NCBI GenBank assembly: GCA_965235115.1
Contig: OZ249436.1
Coordinates: 35,776,001-35,840,000, forward strand
DNA length: 64,000 bases
Reading direction: 5' to 3'
From: Laetmonice hystrix
Lineage: Eukaryota
The notes beneath the pieces are model-generated. The model was not told where the DNA came from. It did no database searches and worked only from the letters and a program-made list of their open reading frames with translations. The position numbers and the translations under genes are program-made. Numbering within the stretch: the first letter of the stretch is position 1; the number at the start of each line of letters is the position of its first letter. Positions 1 through 12,000 of this stretch are shown in pieces.

Positions 1-3000
1 GGCTGTTGAACCAAATGAAAAGCCTGATGTTTCACTGGGTGGGAAGTCCCAGTTACCAAACTGCACATCAAGCTGGAATGAACTGATGTGGCCAGGCATT
101 TCGACTGCTGATGCTGGAATCTAAATAGCACATCCTAATTAGTTTATAGCAATGTCTAGGATTATTGTTCTTTTACAACAAGAGGTACAGGTACCTCACA
201 CAGAAGACCTGCCAACAACCAGTACTGTGTCAATTTTAAATACTGTGATAGTGTTTCATTTACAAATTGAATAGAATGGAACCCTGCTCTGCCCTAAATC
301 AATGGGTCCCGGACCAAAGTCAATGGGTCCCCAAAAAATATTAGTGCCCCCTCCAAAGAAAAAATATGCATCTGATTTGAACTTAGATGCATCCTATTTT
401 ATGAGAACAAGGGATACAGGATTCAACAGGTAAAATAATCACTACTGACACTGTGATACACATGTAGATAAATCTAAAAGCACACTGCCCTATACAAAGA
501 TACACATCAAAAATTCAAGTCGATTCTACAAATTTAAAGGATATGTTGTAGCAGACCATATGAACATCTGGCAAGGTCACATATGCTTTGTTTCAAAGGT
601 AACATAAGAACACCTTTAGAAAGGGGTTTCAAATATATAATTATCTCACAATAGACACGATTACTGACTTCTGTAATCATCTTTCATTCACCTTTAATAA
701 ACATATACAGGCTTTCCTTCAGGCCTGTTTTGGTTGTTTTTTTGTTTTTGTTTTTTTTTGGGGGGGGGTTCACCCCAATAAGCAGTTACTCCCCTCAAAA
801 CTTTTCTGGCTTTATTTATTTATTTTCAAAAAAGCCCTCTCTGACATCCAGAAGGTAAACACTTTCTCTATAGTAAATGACAAATACTTCAGACACATGT
901 ACCAATTTAAGGGGTCCGGAGTGGCGCAGTGGTTAGAATGCAGAATCTTTGATCCAAAGATTTTTAGTTCCAGTCATGGCCTCGCTGGACTTTACGCATA
1001 GCAGTGCTGCCGACTGCTTTACCAAAGGCCGGCCCTGTCGCAATACATCTATGTGGAGGGGCAAGTTAAAGATCCCTTGGAATCTATCAAAAATCACACG
1101 ATGGATTTCACCGACTGAGTTAGTCACTTTGTTCTCGCCCTGATATAGCTGAAATACTGTTGACTGGACGTTAACACCAACTACTCACTCACTTCACACA
1201 TTATAATAATCATAATCATACCTTTGAAGGGGGTGGAAGTTTCGAACGTTGCGGCTTTGGTCTCTGCGACAATGCCTGCTGTTGTGGGTGCTGTTGCTGT
1301 TGTGGCTGCTGTTGTGCAACTTGTTGAGCTGTTGGCTGCTGCTGTGGCTGAGGTGGTGGCTGCATCTGCTGCTGTGTCTGTTGAGGCTGGGCCTGCGATG
1401 TCACTGCCTGCCTCACTTGCTGGTTCACCACGGACGAAGATTGATGTGACGAAGTTGGCGTTCCAATCTATGTGAAAGAATGCCAGAGAACTACATTAAA
1501 AACCACACTTTGTTTTTTTATTCAACCTTGCAGGAGAGATTCAGAAACCTATTACCTAACCAAGACTTGCGAAAGTACTGCACTGTTTCAGACATATATG
1601 GACACATTTGAAAACTAGCACAAAAACACCATCAAGACACACATCCACCTCCAATGCACAACCTTCTTCAGCCCTTTCCCCACAGTACAGCTTATTGGCC
1701 ATATAATGGAGTTAAAAACTTGTCCCGTACAAGATTAGTAAATCAACAAAAGAATGGCGGGGGGCCATGGGCTAGTGGGCATTAGGCAGCAGTTGGGGAG
1801 TAACACCCCACTTACCCCCATTGCACTCTTGATGGATTCAGTCGCCTCTTGGGAGTACTGGTTCATATACTGTGACTGTTGCGGACTTTGTGAGTTCACC
1901 TTCAAACAGCAATAAAAATGGTCCTCAATGTTTCTTTGTGGGACAGGGCTTCTGCCAGGGGACAATATCGGGTTTGGAGTGAAGAGAAATCCTTTATATG
2001 ATCACACCCACTAAAGGAGAGGGCCCCACCATCTACCGTGTTCACGACACTGGTAGGGTTTTGTTCCCACAACAGCAAACCTGCTCCATTTATGATCACC
2101 TCCCAGAATTACTGCACTTTTTTTTATGAAACAGTTTAAAATCATGATTCCACCACTACTTCTGGATGTACTGAAAAAAAAAGAAGCAGAAATGGAGAAT
2201 CATAAAATATCAGCCTCCTTTCATTGTTCAGCTGGGTTACTACATCTAGGCTTGGCTCTACAGGTGAAAATTCGATTCCACACTTCTACTTTCTCCAAAA
2301 CAACCACCAGTTAAAATCAACTTTAAAGTAGAATTTTGTTCTTCCATGATTCGTCATCGGGTAACACTGGAATACATTACAATGAATTTGATTACAAATT
2401 ATTTTTTGGAATATTTCTTTTGAAATGCACTTTCAGTCAATTCAGATGATATTCTGTACTGCCTAAAGTTCAAATCAGTTGATCAAAAAGCAACCATTTC
2501 CCCCCTTCCTTTGAGACAGCACTACCGGTACTCAGAAGAAGTGTGTGTCGAGCACTCCATCATAAACATCAAGTCTAGAACTCCTGGACCACTGTATTCA
2601 CTGTAGGCATGATGTGATTAAAAAGTGCCATCGCCACCATGCAGTGTTGGCAGGTTTCTTCCACACAGTGGGGGGAAAATGTAGACTATAGACGAACCCA
2701 AAAGAAACAATGCCAAGTATTATAAAGATTTCAATCCAGAAATTAAACATCCCTTACTATCTCCATACACATGTGCTATAAGTCTATATAACACACCGAC
2801 TTAGTTAAGTGCACAATTGAAGTACCCAGAATAACAGGTTAAAACTTGTACAGCTCCCAGCAATAACTAGGAATTGGATGAAAAATACATACATGTAGCT
2901 GTAAAATGTACCCTATGAGCTCAACTGACTTTAGACCTTAGCTCCCAGATTGAGTCGTTTAAAGATAAATGGTATCAGATTAGAGCCAAAGTAACTTCAG

Positions 3001-6000
3001 GATAAAGGAACGAATGTGGCTCTATAAGAATGATTTTTGATATCAATTGTTGAAATGTGTTCTGAAATCACTCAGCCATATATCTGAAAATTAGGGAGTT
3101 TCTTTCCTGTATTTTAGATTCCAAATATGGGGCAGAATTGGTCTAAACCAGAACCATGGCCATTTTCATCCATTAAGATATCTTACGGACCAGATTTTGT
3201 TTCAAGTGTACGGGTACCACATACCAGTAATCTGCAGTAATTCTAAGTTCCGGGAGGAAGCTGGAGTCTCAAGTGAGAATGGTTAAAAAAAACGAATATG
3301 TCAAAGGACTAGTGAAATCCAAGGAGGTCATGTCACTAGATCTGTTTACTACTAAGAAGATGGAAGAAACCACAAAAGAATGAAAATATCCTCACATCTT
3401 TTGAGGTAAATCCAAGTTTCCGACTGTTTCATAAAGAAATGTACAAATTCACACACGAACTATACTTACTGTCAACTTACTATCAGATGGTTTCTGGATC
3501 TTGCAGTTAATATTCTACTTACCCCCATCATGTTCTTAATAGATTCCGTAGCCTCCTTTGAGAACTGGCTCATGAACTGATGAGACTGTTGCTGACTTGG
3601 TGTCCCAACCTGCAACAGAGGCCACTACAACTTACAATTGGTACATTTACTTTTACCTGCTCAGGGTTTTCTGCTTAAGTATTTTTAAACCCGACTCCAA
3701 ATTTAAAAGCCAACTTTAATTTCAGCTCTCAGTAGTTCATCCATTTTCTTTCCTTCCTTTTCTGGCACTAAAAGGGGCTAACACAAACAGGAACCCTGTT
3801 GGTAAAGACAATTGGCCGTATGCAAGAACATTTAGTATATAGTAAATTACCGTACAAAAATCCCAAGAATGGCTTAACCTATCTCCCTAGATTTACCGTT
3901 GGGTAAGTTTGGTCATGTTTAATTGAATTATATTCTGCTTGGCCAGTGAAATAAAGGCCAGTTTCCAAAATGGAGAACGTTAGAAAATTCTACTTTCTGG
4001 CAACTAGGAACAGGTGTAACTGTAAATCCACGAATTGGGTTAATCTCGAGACTTAACTCTTGTATACAGCCAGTGTTTATACTGCCTAGTCTAAACCAAC
4101 CGACCTCTTACTTCATTCTACATGTATTTACGACAGAGTATCAAAACTGATGAGAATGTTTTTCAGCTGACAGGGCAACACTTGAAACATGCCACTAAAT
4201 AACCGTTTGAACAGGCTGCTCTCACATCTGGCCACTGTCTCAATGTCCCTACCAAAAAGGTGCCGACCACAATCTGTGGATCATAACAAAAAATTGTTCA
4301 CCACCTCACCATACCATCGCACATCTTTATAGTACAAGATACAAATGTCTGTCCTAAAGTAAAGCTCTACAACAAGATACTTCCTTTGGTGTTCCTATAA
4401 ACTATATGCCTACACCTCCGTCTCAATAACAAGCTCCAACTCCACCCCCAACTTTTCAAAGATAAACGACATCAGGACATTACCATACGAGACATGAAAA
4501 CATGTCAATGAGCATCTTTCGTCATGATGTCACCAATCAACTGTTATTGACTATTATAGCGCAGTTTATCAACATACCATTAAGGTCACTGGGGTTAACG
4601 TGATGAGGCCTAAATAATAATAATTAAATAACACCAACAAGTACTGATAAAATGCATAACACGTTCAGGGGTCGAAAAATGAAGTAGTCCTATGCCTGGG
4701 ACTACCAGTATATTTTTCTGGGTTGGACTACCCTCCCCAATAGCCAAGCAAATGCATTAAAGTTAGTCCGACGGATGTGCCCTTTTTATGCCACTAAGTG
4801 CCAATGAAATTTTCAAATATGACGAATGTTATTAACTTTGAGACTTCACAAGCAGTCACAATCTACATGTATTTTCCTTCATTTCTTTCAGCGAGCTATG
4901 AAATATTGAATTTGTAGCCTGCATGGTAATGCAGGACCAAAGATAATGATGCCAGGAAGACAGCATTGTGTGTTTTTGATGTTTTTCAAATCAGGGCTGC
5001 AGGCCTCAAATTAAAAGTTAGAAGGCTTAGGGGCACGGCAAAAATTACTGTCGAGGACCTTGTTAAAAGGAGGCACCACAGCATTTTCAACAAGTTTGGA
5101 AGGGCACCGTGGCAAATTTACTTCTCCAAGGAGGGGCACCAAGGCATTAACAATTTGAAGAAATTTTACCAATAGATCTGAAAATGTGAATGTCGATGTC
5201 TTTGAAAGTGTTCCTCAAGAATATCTAGAGGAATCTAACAAGGTTGAATATAGAATATCTAAACTTTGTTAAGGTTTTAGAAAATGGGGTTATTAAGATT
5301 GTTAGAAAGTGGGATGTCACCTGGCCTGCGTCCAGAGAAGGGCACATGGGAGCAAGGGGAAAGGGCATCACGGCACTGGACTGCCGTTGATGAGGCAAAA
5401 CATAGGAGGGCACCACGGCAATTGCCGTCGGAGCCGTCGTGTAATTCAAGGCATGTGGCTGTATTTTTGAGTGGCCCTTACCACCAAGCTGTGGGATAGC
5501 CCAAGTAATGTATGTAAATCCAACGTATGTGGACTAGCTGCTCAAATTAATGGACTAGTACAACTTAACACAACATTAGCCAGGACTAATGGCCAAAGTT
5601 GGATTTTTCGACCCCTGATGAATTCAATGTTTACTTACTCCCATGGCATTCTTGATGGATTCGGTTGCCTGCTTGGAGAACTGGCTCATGAATTGAGATT
5701 GTTGCTGGTTTGAAGGTTGTTGCGTGTCTGAAGTTGGCTTTTGTAAGAGCATTCCAAGATCCAATCTTAAAATAACACCATAAAACAAATAATTATCCCC
5801 AATTCAAAACATTTAATGCTAGATCTAAGGGAAAATCAGTTGGTGCTAAAAATTGTAGTAATGCTGTTATAGATTAACGAACAGTACTAACGTCCACCAG
5901 ATCATCAAGGAACTCACAAGAAAGTATGTTTCTGAGAATTATGAGAGAAAGCGTAAAATATAGGCCTGTTTTCATAAAATTTCATACTAGCATTACTTTC

Positions 6001-9000
6001 AATACCGAATCGTAAATTAATACGACTTTATCATAGTGGTTGGCAGGTCTGCTAGATACTGCATGATGGGACGAGGTTTTTACTTCTTTCTTGCTCTTGC
6101 TTTTTGGATCACAAATGTATTGAAAAACACTTCTCCTCACCTCTGGCCTAAAGGATGGGAGCTTTGTCCAATACTGCTGTTCTGTCCCATGGAGCTTTGT
6201 GTTATGGAGGTTTGCCCGATCGAGTTCTGGCCGATGGAATTTTGTAAGGTATTAGTTGTATCACTGAGGGCTGGCTGATTTGAATTATCCAAGGAAATAC
6301 TTGAAGAGAAGACCTGGCTCTCCACGGTCAACGAAGGTGTGCTGAACATCTTGGCGTCATTGTCGCCAACTGCACTACTGAATCCTTTTGGTGCTGTGTC
6401 TGCAGCATTACTTGCTGTGAACACTTTTGTTTCCTCAAGCTGTAATCAAAACAAGAACATGCCCTCTAACGAAAATGGGTAAACGATTAACTACGGGATG
6501 ATCCACACAGTACCAGTATCCTTACTACATACACATAATGCAGACAAGAACCAACAATAAGCATGCCATAATAATTAACTTGCAATCCTCAGTACTGGGT
6601 CAGCCATCGCCTCCAGCATGGACTTCACCACACTTTTATCAAAGAACTTAAAAGAAGAAATCAGCTTTATCAAAGTGTATGAAAACTTTACATTTTATTA
6701 TGCACAATTCATAAATAAAACACTAACTTCAACAGGAAATTTACAACATACAATTACTATTAAATACATCAATACACCAACAAAGACAGTCTTAAAACAT
6801 GGATCAGGAATCATCTGACCAGTGAAGTCAACTTGTAACATTTTACAGTTAACAGTGTTACTTTGCAATCCAGTAATTTGGGACATTTATTGTGGGGGAA
6901 AAGATCATTTTTTTTGCCCTTAACTAAACGGAGTAGGGGCTTTTAAACTGCCCTCCGTCAGTACATCAGGGTTGGACAAATCCACTAGCCCAAGGTCCGG
7001 GACCTGCCTATTATTGCTTCGGACTTGTGAAAATATATCAGTGGTAGTCCGACGGACTCTTGCCCAGTCTTGGTTAAACCTACTGTCACTGACAGGGGGT
7101 ATCTGTCAGCACCTGGTGCCAGGCATATAGCAGGTCACAAACCTCCATCCTCCAAGGATACTGGAGGTCTGTGGCCTGTAATGGCAATGATGATGGCAAT
7201 CTTAACATTTCCATAAACTCTCCATGGAATTGTGTCGTTTTGGACCTGTGGACCCAAGAGCAGGACCAGTAAATATTCCGAGTTACTGGTCCTGGACCAG
7301 TGACTCATGAAATAATTTGTCCAACCCTTTACATGTATGGACAGCAATTTCAGAGACAGGTATATGTCAGTTAAATTAACTTGACACAATGACCAGGGAT
7401 GGTTTGAGAATGATGCACACATCTAATCGATTTTTTATCTAGTTCTCAATGGCTGCTTGGGAGCCATGTTGTTTTGTCAGAAAAAATATGCAGCACGGAA
7501 ACTTCTAAAAATTGTTAATTGCGGCCACAGGTAACATCACCTCAGAATGTTCAGTCTCAAGAGTGTGTAAATATGCAATTCACTTTCATTCAGTATGCAG
7601 CAAAAATCTCAAATATCTTCAGTATGTACACAAAACAACTATACATGTACTGTGAACCCACTTGCAGGGGTTTCAGGAAGATATGCCGATTGCAAGGACG
7701 TGTTTAGTTTTGGGGTTGACCTGCTCTCAGGGTTAACTTAGTTAAGCCGATTGCAAGAATGTCACAATTCTCAGGGTTAAGCCATTCTGGAGGTTAAAAC
7801 TAACCCCGGTCTTCTAGTAGGTCTAACCCTGTTAAACTGGCTGATGCATCAAATTGGCCAGGTGTTGTCGCCGAAGGAAGCAGTTTGAAAGAATTGACAA
7901 TGGGTTAAACCAACCTGTGGTTTAACCCATTCTTGAGGTTAACCACTACTAATGTCCTTGCAATCGGCCATTGAGATTACGATCTTAAAGGAACTATGTC
8001 AGCTTGGTTGAGCATTATGGAAAGCCAGTTTGGCTGGGTTTCATGCCTACCATGTCAAATTTACACACCTTCTGTCACTAGCAGAGTACTTATTAGGTTT
8101 AATATATAGGTTTTGTAAACAGACAGCAACTAAATGCACGGTCACCCTCACATTCTACATTTCTGGTTGGGATCGAAAGCAAGGCTGTGGCCATGCTGCT
8201 TCTTCATGGAACCATAGTGCACACTGCATAGGCGCACAACGATATAGTTCCCCGACGAAACCGTCAATTTTTTCACATCTTCAAGCAAATAGCTTTACAA
8301 AAGTACATCGCTGCTTAATTCATCATAAAAATCTGTCAAGAAAAGTGTTTTGTTTAATCTAGAGAACTCTGGCCAAAAATCTTTCTCAAAGGCAGGAGAC
8401 ATAAATTCCACTTGCCCGGCTTTGACATCGACATGCCCTCTATACTTGTTATTAAGTCTATGTTAGGTCAGAGCATTAGCCATCGGGCTATTATCTTTGG
8501 TCTGTTGGACTTGCCTGACCATGCAATCAACTTGCCCTGGGCGTCGGGCATTAGGAATCGGCCATCACTGGACATGTCCAGGAAAAGACCAGGCCTTGTC
8601 CTTTGAAATTAAAAGCAAATAATTACTTGCCTAAACTTCAATTTGAACCTCGAGGTGAGCATTTTTTCTGACAACCTGTGGGCAGTTTTAACACTTGCCA
8701 ATAGGTCAACCAATAAGGTTCATTGTTGTAAGCCAGAATGGCTTTGACTTTGAGGTGGGTGGGTATTTGGGGTTTTATGCCTTGCAACAGCCAGGGTCAT
8801 ATCATGGCGGTGAAGATGATGATGAAAGTCAGTTTTTCTTGGTGGAGGAAACCGGAGTACCCGGAGGAAACCACCGACCATCGGGAAGGAACTGACTGAC
8901 AAACCTTTCACACATGCAGCCCAGGCCGGGGATCGAACCCGGATCGCAGCGGTGTGAGGCGATGGTCCTAGGCGTCATGAGCCAACACCTTAGACCATTC

Positions 9001-12000
9001 GGCCACCCGACATTGAGGTACCACCGTACGCGTCAATTAGTTTCCGATTATAACCCTGAATTGCACAAGCCAAGAATCAGCCCTACCTAGGCACCTAGCA
9101 CAAGTCGTTAAGAAAATTGAACAGACAGGTCTCAGCTTGAGGAACTAAGGCCAGAGGAAGTCAGCTAGGTGCGCATATCTTTAACTAATCTTATAGGTAG
9201 GCGTACAGTATTTTGCGTGCCTTGGCGCAATTTTAGGCATGCTATGGCCCAATTATTGATACACTTTTGAATTTGAAACAATGTTTTTGCCAATTTGTCC
9301 AATGTATAAGAAATAGTTCAGAGATGTGCCCACGCCGGGCGGCACCTGGCACAGATTTCAGCCGCCCAGCACAAAACTAAAAAGGCACATCATTTGAAAA
9401 ATATAGCACCCCTTGCCAACTGAAAACCTTGCGGCTTTGTTGCTAGTGCAAGCAGCAAAATAACCTGTTTCGCATCGCAAATTGCTATACAACTGATGCA
9501 TTTTGCTAATCATTTTCCAAAAATGTTCAGTATAATTTTGTACTATCTGCGAATCAAGCTTTATTTTGCTAGTCAAATTTTTTGGATTATTTTGTGCCTT
9601 GTAGTGCAAAACTACCGCCCGGCACTCAATTTTTTCTGGGCACATCCCTCTAGTTGACACGATTCCTTTAATGTAGATCTTATTTATGGTAACGATATTT
9701 GTATCTTTGTGTTATTGTGGTAGAGACTTTGTTGTTGCCACATGATCTACTTCCAGTTTTAGAATTGGAGGTCTCTGAGACATCCCTACTGCCACAAATC
9801 AGACCTCATTGAGATACCGATTTGTCTTTAAACCCTCATGACTGGTATGTAACATATTTGTGGCTTAGTTCTTTAGAATCTGTGGACTGTGAAAAGATAC
9901 ATTATAACACATTTCTATCAAACTTACTACAGGTACTATTCACATACCTTCAATTATAAATGTCCTAACTTTAAAACATTTTGTATTATTAACGGGTTAC
10001 CCTTGAATTAAAAATAAAATTAAAGAACTGTTACGTACAGATCCTGTCCATTCATCTGCTGTCCAATCCTCCGTCATCTCGCCCCATGAAGTATTTTCTT
10101 TCTCAGCATTTTCAGCTGTCTCATTGGTCCAGGTGTCAATCTGAGGGCCTTTATCGTATCGGTTGCTTCTGTAACTGCGGCCTCCTCGACCACGACCACG
10201 CCCTGAACCATTCATCTGACCTGCATTTACATACACAGGGTCTGAATCATAGCCGTCCACAGCGTGACCCCGAGCTACACCGTTCATCCAACCTGTGCGC
10301 ATTCACAAGAAAAACATACGAAAAACTAAAATGATAAACTTGGCAATATAAGCAGTTTAGGTTGTTGGGGATCACTTTGAAGCAGCTTCCTCTGCCCCAT
10401 TCTGCAATCAATAATAATAAGCCAATATATTTCTAACTCAAATTTGAATTGGGAAATATATTTTTCAGAAAAATTAAAATTTCTTGATCACAAATTAAAT
10501 GATACTGTTTTCCATGCAACAGAGCTAGCTGCACAATATATAAAAGCATTGGTCCCACACTCAACACAATGAACAACATTCTGTGATATTTATTTCATTA
10601 TAAGGGCTTCAAAATTTTATCAAACAAAACAAAGTCCAGAATTTCGTCAGTCAGCAGTTTAAATAAGTTGGTATATATTGGTGTGCAATTTGTCTGAATT
10701 ATGTACAGACTGCCCATTTATGGTAACATGTATACTTCCTATATGGCTACGAATCATATGGCAGTATACAGAATATACACAACATAAACATGTAGCTAAA
10801 GTCAGGAATCCATGTAGTAGTGTTGGCGTGATGTGTAATGCTTAGTGCGTATTGACTGTTTCCATGTACTGCGTATTGATGTGTGCATGATATAACCAAG
10901 TCTAGACTCAGTGAGTCGGGGGTAGATTTCATGTCCGGCAAAAAATGTGGGAGTCCACTATTCCCTAGTGGATCCCCTAGTTACCATTTACATATTTTCA
11001 CTATCATGGCTGTAGCTGCCGGGGGAACTGTCACAAACAGAAAAGCTCTGCTGAGCGTCCAACTATTTGTAGTTCAGAACATCGATTTTGGTCTCAAAAT
11101 CAAGACCCAGTGACATTCAGGATCTCGCCACACAGGCAGTGAGTGTTTGCCGGACAAAATGACTGACGTAACTGCAACAAATGTCTGACAATGTCGACAA
11201 TGTTGCATGAATGTCCGCCGTATTACAGAAACACTGGTATCAGTTCACCGAGACTAGCCGTCGGTTAGAAACTGGGTTAGAAACTGCATCAATATGTGTG
11301 TAAATATCTGGGAGACAGCCGGACTCATGGACAGGTGGCTACCAGATTTTTTTGAGTCTTGGACTCACAGACTCCTGTCGAAATCGACCCCTGAAGTTCA
11401 TAGCCAGGGCTTTCGCTGACATTTACAGAGGTGGGGGTTTATCTTTTTTTCTGGAGAAAAATTGCACTACAAACTGTGAAAAAGTATGTTAAAGAATATG
11501 ATTATAGATCAGTGTGTGAAACTACAGGGAAAAAGAGCAGTCAGAAGGATCACAGCATATTGAAGCTACTGGTCCTTCGGGGCTGTCCATAAATTATGTA
11601 ACCAGATTTTCCCAGTATTCGTCTGGATATCTGGACTTTTTGAGGCTTATAGAACCACTTTTATCATATTTGAAGAGACTTTCTCTTTTAAATCATTAGA
11701 GGCAAGGAGTTCTGATGATTACACAATATGCACTTTAAAGAGTAAATTTGAATAATAAAGTTCTGTTGTTTCCACACTACGTACACATGGATTCCTGGCT
11801 TTACCCTCTGAACGCGACTGCTTCTATAGATTACATCAGAGATTTAGGGTTACCCCATTTACTTTGCAGTATCATGTCATTTCCCTTGATCTGCATCCTA
11901 AATTTTAAAATTCAAGACAAGTATTCAGGGCTCTCAAAAGTAGCCGGTCACTGGCGGCAAAACGCCGTCTAAAACCAGTTTTGCCGCCGCCTACTTTTTG

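Noticed and set aside
1224..1475. Plus-strand Ala/Val- and Leu-rich ORFs
   Set aside because: Antisense shadows of the Gln-rich UBAP2 exon 1222-1467.
8929..9007. Possible tRNA gene (A and B boxes)
   Set aside because: No cloverleaf; it continues into a V-core and SINE tail with a TSD, so it is a SINE head.
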